DNA of 64,000 bases from Lama guanicoe (Eukaryota), in NCBI GenBank assembly GCA_013239625.1, contig MU053652.1, positions 1,490,001 to 1,554,000 of the forward strand. The letters run 5' to 3'. The position numbers and the translations under genes are program-made. This document shows positions 1 to 12,420 of this stretch, in pieces. Under the pieces are notes generated by a model that was given only the letters and a program-made list of their open reading frames with translations, had not been told where the DNA came from and did not search any database. Each line of letters starts with the position of its first letter. Positions within the stretch are counted from its first letter, which is position 1.

Positions 1-1484
1 TCCTGAGGCTGCTAGTTAAAATAGATACTATTAGCTTAATAAAAATGTAGAAACTTCTAGAAAACACACCAGTGTTACAGTCCTCCTTAGAGAAAGCAGT
101 CTGAAGAAGACGGTGTGCACACCGGATCCAGGCAACACGAAATAAGGACAACCCCAGGAGGTACCGGGAGAAGCCGCACCGCTGGTCCAGGGGGAGGCAG
201 TTCTCCTCCCAGCTGGCCTTGACCCACTTAGCTTTCTGAGAGTGAAAAGTGGTTTGTGGGAGGGGAGTGTAAGAGAAACAGCCTCAGCGGGATAGAAGTA
301 ACGGTTTCCTGGCAATCTTTGCAAGTTGTTGGTCCTCCCTGGGGCCAACCTGGGAAGGCTTTGTCAAGGAGGGGAGGTTTTAGTTTAAGTGTATGGCTTC
401 TCGTATATTTTGTTTAGAGAGCTAATACGTGTTCGTCGTAGAACATCCGCATGATGCAGAGAAATAAAAACAGAAAGAAAAATCACCCTGAAATCCCTAC
501 GCCCCCTCCCCAGGCAAGCACAGTTCCAGGCCTCCTTCTGGGCGGATATTCACGTGTAATTAGAAGTTTTGCACACATGGGATCCCGTTGTGCTGAACAC
601 GACTTCTTTTTATCCTCTCTCGTCTCTCTCCTTTGCATCCTGTTTTTCACTTGGAGAGCTGCTGCTTGTTGGTGACTGTAGACTGGCTTTATGCCTCGTA
701 CCGTCCACGTCCCATTCCTTTGCACGGCTCCCTTGGGGACAGAATTGGGGGCTGGGTGGTGGGAAGGGGTGATATGGCTGTTCTCTGGCTGGAGGTGAAG
801 CGTGGGGTGATGGAAAATGAGTTCTTGATGGAGTTTCGAGTGAAGACGGAGGTTAAGTTGGAGACAAGGAGGTAGGTAAGAAAAGGTAAAGGTGACAAGC
901 CTCGTGAAGAAGTGAATGGCCTCTCGTCCTCCTGACCCTCCTTCCCGAGCATAATGCAAACTCATCCCATCTCTTCCCTCAGTGAGCAATTTAAGGGACC
1001 CGCCAACTGGCTTATGCCCACCTGCACCTTGGAGAGTCTCTGGCACCTGTTCTGTTGGGCAGATGCCCGTGGTGGTTACCTGGTCCAGCCTGAGATGGTC
1101 AGAAGTGGGTCACATGCATCACTCCCCCCAGAAAGCCCCAGGAAGCTGCACTGCCAACCAGGACATGAAGTGGATAAACGATCCTGGCCTGAGAACCTGC
1201 AGGGTGATTTGCTCCAGGCACATCCTCCGTAGTAAATAGGTCTCTTCTGAAAACCAAATGGTAGGTCAGAGGCTTATTTTCTGGATCCAGAACCAGACCA
1301 AAAGGTATTAGAAAATAATTTCCTAGGTTCTGAGCTGAGGGGAGATTTACCGTATTGACACTTCAGTATTCCCCCAGGCTGGTCTTTGAGTTTATTTAAA
1401 TCGTTCCGTCTTACATGTCCTTTATTCAGTCTTTTCTTCTGCCTGTACGGTCATCAAATGGCAGACATATCACTCTGTGAAAAT

Positions 1485-1635
1485 TCGGGGTCTGAAGTCC
1501 ACCTGGTTTCACACACTGGCTCCATTACCTACCAGCTGTGTGACCTTGGAAAAGTTATTTGACTTCTCTGAGCACCATTTCTTCAGCTATAAGATGAGGA
1601 TATGAATGTTCCCGTACCACACAGGTGCTGTGACC
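1485..1635 (+). mobile_element. MIR SINE relic
   Basis: Core ctaccagctgtgtgaccttggaaaagttatttgacttctctgagcaccatttcttcagctataagatgagga resembles the MIR core consensus. Confidence 0.8.
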
Positions 1636-2839
1636 GGGTCTTTATTTTCATAGCTTCGGTTCCACACTCAAAGCACACGTCGGTCGACCTGGTTCCCACC
1701 ATGCTCTCCTGTCAGCATCACTTTTCAGACTCAGGTGATGTGCACATCCATGACTTGCCTTCCTCTGTGTAACTGTGCTTATGGGTTCTCCTTGTTGAAG
1801 GAGCTCATCACAGCGCTTTGGTTTAAAATGCTTCCTACAGGCACCATAAGGGACAGACATGAACACAGTGCAGTGATTCGGGTCACCTCAGGACTTCATC
1901 CCTAACTCTGCTTAAATACATTAATGAGAACCAGAAATAAAACTTCAAAACTAGAAGTAGGAGGTGGCAAGCAATGCTTCGGGCCAATGAGATAACGGAC
2001 TGCAAGCAGATGTGAGTGGGAGACGAGATGGAGACCTCTCCTGAGCACCGGGCTGGTGGGAGGGAAAGGCGCCGTCCTCCAGCTCTCCATCTGCCCCGCC
2101 AGGGGCACGTGTTCCGGTGACACGCCCAGCATCAGTCAAGGCTGCTAAAATGAGTTCCCCGCTTTGCTGGGTTGGTGACTGAGCTTCCTTCTGCCTTTGA
2201 CAATTAAATGCTGCAGGAAAGAGGGGACCAGAGCACCCCAGCTTGGGGACCGGGACCGCTGGTTCAGAGGCTGAGCAAGAGCTCCCCCACACTAAAGCCC
2301 CCAGCCTGTGCTTTGCTGGGTAATTTTTGGGGGTGGAGCACAAGGATGTCTCTCTTTTCCCCCTGGCTCCCCACTTCTCATCCAGAGCCAGGCTGAGGCC
2401 TCTGCTGGGCTTGAGAACTGGGCATTTTGAGCTCCTGAGAAGAGTTCTGGCAAAAGAGAGCATAATCAATGTTACTGCTGAGAGCCAGGGTCCTTCTGGT
2501 CTGTGGTTTCATGAACAATGAGGCATGAAAAACACATTCAGCTGATTTCTACCCTGAGAATGCCAGTCAGACATCACGGATGCTGCAGAGGTCTGGTGCG
2601 TTTCAGAGACAGGAGCCTGAATTGGGAGTTGGGGCAGTGGGGGGGCTGGGGGGTGCTGAGCCACTCTTCTCCCGGATGCCAGGAACCTCAGCAGGACTGC
2701 TTAGAACGGAACAGTCTGGGCCAACTGCCACCAGCAGTGTTTTATTTTGTTTTAAAAAATGAACTTAATCCACTTCAGAATAGAAAACAAGCATTAAACA
2801 CACTCCTCTCCATCCCTCTCAGTTTTTGTCCATGATTTT

Positions 2840-3095
2840 TCAATAATTATATACCTTTTTATATCGTTTTAATCACTGTGTACATAGTGTTTTATGTTGC
2901 TTTCCCACTTAACATGATTTAGAATGCGTGTTTTCTGTGTATTGACATAGTTTCAGTTTTGCCATTTAGGTCGCTATATGACATCCTGTTAAATTGGTAC
3001 CCTTTAATTTGTCTAGCCATGCTGTTCCCCTATTGCTGGACATTTGGGCTGTTTCCAGTTTTTCACCGTGATCAACAGGGCTGGCAGCAACATTT
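2840..3095 (-). mobile_element. Ancient L1M 3' fragment
   Basis: T-rich tract with cccctattgctggacatttgggctgtttccagttttt, typical of the antisense L1M 3' end. Confidence 0.65.
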
Positions 3096-5764
3096 TAAGA
3101 TGGAACAGTGATGATAAAGAGCTGAAATGTTGCTGACTTTATTTTCGTTGGCAACCAAATTTAGAGAGAGCCTCAATATTGCTCCTCCCAAATGCGGGAG
3201 TAATTAAACAGCTGCCTTGAAGGATGGCTGGATGATTTATAGGCAGCAAGTTGCGTTCAGTGGGTTTGTCAGTATCCTGCGGCATTAAGGATACGCTTGT
3301 TAATTATCTGTGGTTAATATGATAATTTAGGAAAAACAACACCTATTAAAAGCTCTTCATTAGGCAAAGGGCTCCTCATTTTTGCAAAAACAAAGCCTCC
3401 AAAATTGATGATCTTTACCTCTGATCTGTCACTGGGCAGGTACAGCAAAGAGTCCCTTTTCTTTTTCACGTTCCCACAGTGCCCTGGGTAAAAAGGGGCT
3501 CCCTCCTTGAGACTCCTGCTCGGCTCTGCCTCTGTCATTATGATTGCTTCTTTCCAGAGCCACCAAATTAACCATTGTGGGACCAATTAGTTTTTTCCAG
3601 GTGTTTCAGTAAACTTTTTCTCTATCAACTGAATTGAGAAACTTTTACCTGTTAATTTCTGGGACTTCAGTGGAACCAAAAGTAGTATGTTTCTTTTGTA
3701 GATGAGAAAACTGAGGCCTTAGGCCCAATAGCTTGCCTGGGGTCCCAGAGCCAGGCAGGGGACGGGCAGGGGGACCCAGGTCTCCGGCCACCTTACCCAA
3801 GCCCTGTCTTAGCCTCCACCTTTTCCCCTGCAGTCTGCCCTCAGTCAGGCAGATCCATCCAACCAGAACCCAGAGCTATAAAGAGTTTCTTTCTCATCAG
3901 GAAGCTTCAAGCTTGTTTCAGTCCTGGAGAGGGAGGGGCTGAGCCGAGAAAAAGGACAGCACATCATGCAACTCGGGAGACAGTGTCTGGGAGACCTGGG
4001 GAGAAATAACCCGTCGGCACATAACCTCAACGTTCTACTTCAATAAGTATTGAATGTAACTCACGGGCTGTATTCAGTCACTGCTCCTGGTGTCACCTGG
4101 TCATCCTCCAGCACCCAATCTTCATATTTCATTTTGGCCTGGACAGTGCAAACTCTATTGCAGCCATCAAGAATAATTTTTATAGATGGGCCCTTTGCTG
4201 AACGAGCATCTTGCGGTACAGATTCCCAGTTATCCTGTTTGGTGGAGGTGGGGAGGCAGGAGTCGTGGGGTAAGTGAGGAGGGAGCTTCCCTGGGCAAGA
4301 GGCCCCTCTGCGAATCCGCGTGGTCCAGCAGAGTGGCTGCCCGGCTCTTTCCTGGAGGGCAACAGCAGCCCCTGCTTTAGGGAAACCCCAGGACAAGTTC
4401 GGAGGATGGAAGGGATGTAACGATTATCTCCGTGTGTGGGCCTTTCACCCACTGTCACACTTACTCTGCAGAATAGATCTGAGATGTCTGTATCACAATT
4501 CCCGTAGAACCGATGGAGCAAGTGAGGCTGGAAGAGGTTAAACCCTTGGTCAGGGTCACACCGGGACTCAGTTGCAGCCTGCTGCATTTAAAATTTAGAT
4601 GTCTCTTTCATATGCCACTCTTCCCCTGGCACCACGCCCCTTGGTGACTCTGACATTAACGTGGGCCCGCTAGAGCAGAGCCAACAGCCACATGGTGCCC
4701 CGGCAGAAGCTACAGGGCAGAGACAACTTTGTGCGCCTAGGGGTGGGGCGCAGCACACGCCCAAGTTGTCAGGGGTGATGCTGGCTGTAGCCTCTGAGGC
4801 CAGACAAGATACTGTCTCCCAAGACTTTGCCTCCATCTGCGTCTGAGTGCCCATTCGGTCATTTTGGGGAACCCCTCGCGAAGTCGGGAGAGAGATGGAT
4901 TGGGCCCAGTTTCGAGTCCCCACTGCTATTTAGCTAACTACGTGGCCCCAGGCAACCACTTAACATCTTTCAGAGCCTCAGTTTCTTCTTTGAAGGACAG
5001 AGACCATTAGCATCTGTGATTAGCATCTTTTGGGCAGTGTCCCTGGGAAGATCAAATCAGATCAGTTGCAAAGTGACTTGGAAATTGAAGCATCATTACT
5101 ATAAAAATGAAATAATGCAGGTGCTGAGAGAAATGATTACATTTTATCTCACAGAGTCCTCTTTCTTCCCATCAAGGTTGCTTTCTGAGAGTCCCTTAAG
5201 TCATACTTTTGCTGGGGTTCTTCAAGTGAGAGACCAACCTCATCTGAGTCGACTTGGAAAGTCTGAGAACACAGACTTCCTGACCCAGAATCTGGGGGCG
5301 CCCGGGCGTCTGCCTTGTGAGCTTGTTCCCAGCAATTCTGGTGCGCGTGATTTTGCTGTTCTTTCCAATAGAAGAGGGCCGTTTCTTTTCTTTGGGATTC
5401 AGGAGAGGATGGGAGTGTGGGGTGTCCGCATTCATTTGTCTGCCTTTTGCAGGTGGCCTGCCCTGGCTCCCCATCCACGGAAGTAACAGTTTCCTGACCT
5501 CCTGCTTTTCCTTCAGTTTGACAGACCAGAAGCCTTTTGGCCTCCCTTGGCTCTCCCCTTTCAAAGGCACTAAGCCTCTTCCTGGGGGATGGCGTGCTGA
5601 CTTGGAGAACACTGATGGTGGGGCGCAGCCTTGCTGTGTGACGACACCACATCCCTGGAGCTCTCTGTGTCTCTGAGCCTCCCCCCACAGTCAGAGAGGG
5701 ATGTGATCCCCTGAGTGGGGTCCAGCTGGTTTTGTGTGTCAAGTTTTCTGGGCTACAATGTTAG

Positions 5765-5903
5765 TTTTTGGTGGTGTTGTTGTTGGGAGCAGGGAGGTAA
5801 TTAGGTTTATTTACTTACTTTTTAACAGAGATTTACTGGGGATTGAACCCAGGATCCTGTGCATGCTAAGCACACACTCTACCACTGAGCTATACCCTCC
5901 CCC
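5765..5903 (-). mobile_element. Vic-1-type camelid tRNA-derived SINE
   Basis: Reverse complement reads GGGGGAGGGTATAGCTCAGTGGTAGAGTGTGTGCTTAGCATGCACAGGATCCTGGGTTCAATCCCCAGTA...AAATAAACCTAATTACCTCCC plus an A/C-rich tail. Pol III A-box and B-box are present and the copy at 59094 has the same structure. Confidence 0.9.
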
Positions 5904-8789
5904 GCCTCTGAAATACTAATTTTCATCACTTCTGTACTTTTTCTCTAATGGTGAAGCCTCCTGAGGCTGTGTAGTTCTAGGGAGCCCTTCCTGGGTCAGA
6001 AGGCCCCACCCAGGACGCAGGCATGGGTGAGGCTTTTCGGTTTCTGAGAAGCGTCTGCCCCAGGTGGACACCTCAACTCCCAGTGTGCTGCATCCTGCTT
6101 CCTTGGATGAAGATTCAGCATAAAGGAGGGTGTGTTCTCGGCCTCAGAGAGCAAAGGGGCGAGGAGGGGGAGGGTGGAGGTTTGCATTACTCAAGAATCG
6201 CCAGATCCTCAGAGCTGCGGGGTGTGTCCACGTCCCTGTGTGGCATCAGAAAGTTGGTGAAGAGGTGGATTTTGCCCTGAGTTCTCAACGTGGCACTCGA
6301 ACCCAGGACTCAAGGCAAGAACTGCGTAGAGGAAGGAAACTAGGTGTGGCTGAAAGGGGCTCAGTGGAAGATGATGTCTAGCAGACGCTGTCCCATCCTG
6401 GCTGGTGGAGAAGAGGCTCTGACTCGTCCACTCAGCGACAGAGTTCCACCCCCTAGTCCCCAGGAGCCCCACTCCTTCCAGAAAGCCCTCATCCCCTGCA
6501 GACCCTCTGCTGGGTGCCAGTCACACACAGGACGCCATCCCCACCGCCACCCGACTCGCTGCCAGCCTGACCTCCCTCCACCTGCCAGCGACAGGCGTGT
6601 TTCACGGCTGCCGGCACAGTGCAGCCGGGGAGGGCTGATTTCACCCTTCGCTTGTTTCATCTTCCTCCGTGCTCTGTACCCCGTTCGTCTCTCATTCACA
6701 ATCCCCTTTTCACCCTCGACTGAGCCAGCCCTCTCCTACTTCTAAAATCTATTTTTTCCTCTCCCCACCCGCAACCCGCGGCTGAATTGCGTCAATATCA
6801 CTGTCTCTCTATTTCTTTTGTAATTCAGCCTTTTCTCCTTTCAGGCACAGCGCTGGGCTTGTGAATGGGGGTGACTGCCCATCCCAGGCCCTCTCTCTCA
6901 GACACACCAAGGCAAGAGTCCGCCTCTGAAAGGCAGTGTGACGCACCCAGCCACTTTACTTCATAGGTCTTGGTTTCATCATCTGTGAAATTAGGTAACC
7001 TGATCATGTCTAAGCTCCCCTGTAGCTTTATTATTAGTCAATTTCATGGTTTGGGGGCCTGGGCTGATGTCACATGTTCACTCTATTTTAATTCATGGGA
7101 AAGTAATCAACTCCTAACTACGCACATAGAAAGTCTGTAATTTCATGTGTTCTGGTGACTCCCCCAGGCATCTAACCACCAGCAGGTCAGTGTGGGCTTC
7201 AGGGATGTAAATTATTGGCCTAAACCTGAGAGAAGCCTAAGACAGCAATGACCAAAGACCCAAATGCTAAGTGTTTATTGATTCTTTTGTTTATGATCCA
7301 AGTGTGTGCTCCACGCCCCCTTCAGGGCTTCTTTGAATCTTAGAAATGGAGCCGCTTGCCCAGGCTCACTCAGCTTGTTGGCTGCAGACTGGGGGCTGGA
7401 ACTCAGGCCTCAGACCTAGCTGAGGGTGGGGGAGGCAAGGCCTGGCCCTGTGGTGGTGGTAGGGTGGGCCCGTTCTGGGGCTGTTGCTGGCCGGTTGGAT
7501 GTTTTTGAGCAAATTGGAAAAGGTGTCCCCTCTGAATGGATGCAGCCCCAGCTGTTGTTCACCATCATGTAGAGGATGACCCTGCGGCAGGGTTCTGCCC
7601 AAACCCAGGACCGCCGCCAGCCTGTCACTGCTGGGACAGTTGAGTTCTCCTGCTTCCCAGACGCCCAGTAAGCCTGGGCTTGCCCTCACCCAGGGGACGG
7701 CCTGATGGCTTTAGGTGTCGTGTCAGATCGCCCCGCCGTGAGGACTTCCAGTCTATGCCTGGCCTTTGCTCTTTTCTGGATCTCAGGCTTTTATATTCCT
7801 TTTTGGAAATTGGTGGGATATAAAAAAAGACACTTATACAACATACCCTGAACTGCACGAACACTCACATGTGGCGTCTGTACCCAGCTGTTATGCTAGT
7901 TCACACATGACTCAGAGTTCCTAAGCTTGTTTCTTCTTTGAATCTTGACTCTCCTCTGAGTTAAGTGCCTCAAAGGACAGTATTTTCCACTAGAAAAAAC
8001 AGATTCTCAAAATGGTAGGTACAGAGCTGAGTTCCTGCAGGTACTGAAATGCTGTTGAAGTTAGTTGAATACGAGATGATCATCCTCAGAGGAAAGGAGG
8101 AAGGGTGGCCGTGACCCCACCTGCTGCCAGCAGAAGGTGTCTTCCTCCCGTCGACCCCCATCTCTCCCCGTCTTCCTCCTGCCCTGACTCCCGCAGGGGT
8201 TCTGAGTGTCTTATGGGAAGACAGTCCTTGGTCTTACTGTCAGTGGAAGTGGATAATGTGCTGAAAATTGACCCCTTACATGCCTGTCTGACTGCTGTCA
8301 GTGTTGAAGACATTTTCCTGGTGGAAAAGGAGGAAGTGAACGACTGAGAAGCTTCCTCCTGGAAGGGGTCCAGGAACTTTCTTTCCTTCTTTGTCCTTTA
8401 TCTCCACAACCCGCCGCAGGGCCCTTTGGGTGGGGAGAATATAGGGTGTCCTCCAAGGCTGGTGGAGAAAGGCAGGGTGGGTAGGGGGTGTCTCTGTGCG
8501 GCTTGTGACCAGACCCTTCCTCTCACCGCTGCTCTGGGGACCTGGAGCTCCCTGGGCCCAGGGAAACACTTCTCCCCTGTGGGAACGCTGGAGTGGGTTT
8601 CCACTTCAGCTGGAGACGGTGGTGTGCTAGAGCTGGTGGTTATACTACTGGTTGCTTGAATTAGGACACAGTGAGAGCATTTATGCCATGGAAATTGGAA
8701 AATGCTACAGATCAGAACTATTTTTATCCCGAGAGCTGGTTGAGCCGCGCGCCGCCACCTAGGGTAAAGAAAATAGCCGCCAAGTCCTG

Positions 8790-8900
8790 ACTGCGTACCT
8801 GGGCCCATTAAGTTAGAATCTGTGTGTTTGGAGCCAAGGCTTGAAGCTTTTTCAAGCTTCTCAGATCATTCCAAGGTGCAGCCAAAGTTGGAATCACCAT
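8790..8900. mobile_element. MER5-like hAT-Charlie MITE relic
   Basis: gaatctgtgtgtttggagccaagg...tttttcaagcttctcagatcattccaaggtgcagccaaagttggaatcacc resembles the MER5 arm. Confidence 0.55.
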
Positions 8901-10834
8901 CCCAATCCAGTGCTCCCATTTTACACAGGATGACTTAAGATCAAAGAGGTAAAGTGACTTCTCCAATTTCAACAGCTGCCGGGGAGTTGACAGCAATTCT
9001 TACACTATAGAAAAAGCATTTCTTCTTCTGGAGTGAAAAAGGACCTCCAGGTGGAAGAGACTCACCTCTGTGCCATCTTGTTCCCTTTTCTGCTGTCCTC
9101 CCTTCTCCCGTACCTCCCCTCTTCTGTCCCTTCCCGCCCAGGACTGAACTGTGCTCCCTAGTAACTGACACCTATGATGTGGTTCTTGTCCCCAAGTTCG
9201 GTGTCTCTGGGGAGACAAGCCACTTGAGAAGCAGAAGAGGGTAGGCAGGGGCAGTGTGTGATTGTGTCCCCACGGGAGACGTGCAAGGTGGCCCATGACT
9301 GAGCAGAACTGTCACTACAGAAAGAGTGGATCAGTGCAAAGGCTCTAAATGTCATTTCCATCCTGCGAAGCCTGAAAAACCACTGGCCTGGGATTTCCTT
9401 AGGGTTAGGCTTGGGCTTGCCCTTGAAAGTTTCCTGGTCCCTCTGTCCCAGGGCAGCCTCCTTACCTCTGGGGCAGAGGGTGGCTGGAAAAGGTGGTAGT
9501 GGGGGCCCTTCTCCCAGGAGAGAATGAGTAATAAAATTAGCTCACAAAGTGCTTCCCCAGGCATGATCTCATTTGGGTTGCTGACCGTGGGCTCAGGAAT
9601 GGAGAGAAGGGGGAGACTTGGGAATTCAAATTGCAGCTCCATTGTCTTGGGAAACCCTTTCCGGCAAATAGGAGTCAACAAATCCCCACCTTGCCATCCC
9701 TCTTCTCAGGCCAGGAGCATTTAGAACTAATTGAATCACTAGATTAGCTAATGCAGCCTCCATTAGGACAGCGAGGTCCCAGAGGAGAGGCCATTGAAGA
9801 GAGCAGAGAGCTCCACACCCAGTCCAAGCGGCTTCCTGGCCCCTAGCACCTCCGCTCTGGTCCCAGCAGTCTGAGGAGGGTCCTCGTGGACCCCAGGGCT
9901 GGCCCCTTCGAACATCCTGTGTCTCTAGGCTTGAGGACAGGACTGATTTCTGCCCTCCCTTTGCCTGATCTCTATCCTCAGGATCAAAAAGCGTATAATA
10001 AAGGATGTGTTATTTCATCTCTGGATTTTCTTTTAAGGTCAGATCTTCTGATTTGGGGGAAATTGAATCACAAAGTAAATAGTTGACCTCCCCGACATTA
10101 TGAGGTAGGCTGCCGGAATGACCAGGACAGAAACTCGTCTTGTGACTAATTTTCTTTCCATTCAGCCCAACCGCTTCTTCTGGTGTGAGGTGGGATGGTG
10201 GTTGTACTCTCTCAGTCATTCGGTCCGTTTATTGGGTGTCTGCCAGTCCCTGTGCTAACAGGGGGTGGGGGGGACAACGGTGAATAAGGCTGCCACGGTC
10301 CCTGAACTCCTGGAGCTATTAAACTGGGGCACACAATCCAGCTTTGCAGAGTGAGTGAGGAAAGGGGAATTGGCTGGCTTGGGACAAATACTTCTTTTCT
10401 CAACATTCCAATCTCCCCAAAATGGGATGGTGATGGATGTCGCCTAATGTGCTTACTGCTGTGTGTGGAGGCTGAGATCTTGCCCATTCCCTGCAGAGCT
10501 CTTTATTGGCATCTTATTCAAATCCGTTCTGTCCTCAAACCACCATGTCACACAACTGGTGTACACTGTTCCTGCCACATACAGCACCTGGGGTCCTCAT
10601 CTCCCCTCCCAGCCCTCTTCCCCACCCCAGTGCATCTCTGTGTCCCAGGGAAAGCACTTTGTCTGACTTTTAAGTCCTCCCTTCCTCCCCTTTCACCTTG
10701 TCTCTCTGTGCTGTTTGAGTTTCTGAAAAGTAATGGGTCTTGCTGCTGGAAATGGAGTTTCGCACGCCTACTGGGGGCCTGCTATCAGTCAGTGTTTTAA
10801 GTTAACGATAAATTCCTTCAGAGGTTTGATCTTT

Positions 10835-11095
10835 TAAAAAAAATATTGCTGTTGCCTTTTTGCACAGTCTTTCCTCGTGGAAAAAAATTAGAAAGGACAA
10901 AAAAGAACACACAAAATATAAATACTGCCACTATCCAGGAATGCCTGTTGATGTTGGTGAATTTCTTTCCAACTTTTTGACCGTATGTGTGTATATATAT
11001 ATATATGTATGTATGTTAATATATTTATACACACATGTATTTACATTTACACACATTTACATATATTTATATACATATTTACATATATGTATGGA
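10835..11095 (-). mobile_element. L1M relic ending in a (TA/TG/CA)-rich microsatellite
   Basis: A-rich L1M-like tract followed by a tatatgtatg/acacat low-complexity run at about 10985-11095. Confidence 0.5.
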
Positions 11096-11319
11096 TGATA
11101 TTCCAGCTCGCAGGCAGAGGGCTGGCCCGGCCATCTCAGTGAGGTGGACTGTGGTTGCATCCTCCACAACCACCGTCCTCATAGGCCATCTTGACAGGTA
11201 GACAATCACTACTGGACCAATCTAGTCCAAGTCAAGCAGACATAGCCTCAGTTTCCTCATCTGCAAAATGGGAATATAAAAGGTACCCACCTCAGAGGGT
11301 TGGTGTTTCTAACTGAAAT

Positions 11320-11600
11320 CAGTGCTTGGAACAGGAGTTGGATATAAGTGGTTTCTTTGGGAGGTGATCCCCAGAAGCAGGAGGTGGCAGCAGAGAGAAG
11401 GGAGGCTCTGGGGTTCTGTGCTGCTTCCCGAGTAGCTTCGTGAAGACCCCGGAGGTGTCTGCCTGTGGACTGGGAGCTGGGGCATTTTCCCAGCTCCTGT
11501 CCCATTGGTTGGGAGTTGCCCTGGAGACATAAACTCCCCTGACTTCAGGCTGCCCCCTGCTGCAGGTCACACCCATGGTGACAAGGAAGGCCCCGGGGGT
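11320..11600 (-). mobile_element. LTR33/LTR16-like ERVL LTR relic
   Basis: ggatataagtggtttctttgggaggtgatccccagaagca resembles the antisense LTR33-family motif gtagtttatttgggaggtgatcccaggaagca. Confidence 0.55.
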
Positions 11601-11828
11601 GGAAAGAGGCCAGCTGGACTGCTCCTGAGGCAGGACGTGGTCAGTGTGGGGTGAGTCTGAGCTTACCCTGGATGCTCTGCTGCAGTGGGGGCTGGAATCA
11701 AAGGTAGGTCAAGCATGTGACATGGGGCACTGGGCTTCTGCTGCGTCCCCTTAAAGACGCCTGTGGCCTCAGGGTGAAAAGCCTAATGCCCATCAGAGGA
11801 GAGAAGAGCCAGGCTGTGAGGCGCGTGT

Positions 11829-11851
11829 GCACACACACACACACACACACA
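11829..11851. repeat. (CA)n microsatellite
   Basis: Uninterrupted CA run. Confidence 0.95.
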
Positions 11852-12258
11852 AAGCCTCAGGAGGAAGACTTCAAGGCAGTGATTTTGTGAGGCCGCAGAC
11901 TAGCAGAAAGGAAAGAGCCAGGTGGAAGGGAAATAGAAGGACTGCACTGGGACACTGGGAAGAGCTCTCCTCCTCCCCTCCCCCGACCCTGACTCTTCCC
12001 TAAGAGAAGGCACATTAAACATGGCAAGTGGACTGTGGGCAGGAAAGAGGCTGGGGCTGCCTGCCTGCCCTGTTCTCAGCTCTGGCCTCTGCTGGACTCT
12101 CAGATCTCAGGCAACATGACTTCCCACGTGAGGGAGACGGAGCATCCTCGGCATTCTACGGCCCATTGAGAGGGGCAGTGGCATTAGTCTCAGAACTGGC
12201 CTCAGTTTGTTCAATTGTGAAATCGGCACAAATTCAGAAGAACATCACGGTTCGCTAG

Positions 12259-12420
12259 CACTGGTGTGACTGAGTCTGCTCCCACACACAGAGCCCACGG
12301 AGAACACCTCTTCCCATGTCTGCTGACATCTTGAAATTGGCATGGTGGGAGTACTGACACCAGGTAATGGGCAAACGCTACACATCAGGGCTTTTTCTTC
12401 GGAAAACCAGCACACCCCTG
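12259..12420. mobile_element. MER63A-like hAT DNA transposon
   Basis: Ends cactggtgtg... and ...ccagcacacccctg, with internal ttgaaattggcatggtgggagtactgacaccaggtaatgggcaaacgctacacatcagggc. Confidence 0.7.

Noticed and set aside
483..1046. 187-aa minus-strand ORF, and similar long ORFs at 5149-5742, 20252-20785 and 32488-33066
   Set aside because: No recognisable domain, many use non-ATG starts, they overlap ORFs in other frames, and their S/P/L/G/R-rich composition is typical of chance ORFs in GC-rich mammalian DNA.
8105..8347. Protein-like acidic ORF tail (VEVDNVLKIDP...EKEEVND)
   Set aside because: No recognisable homology and no convincing splice sites.
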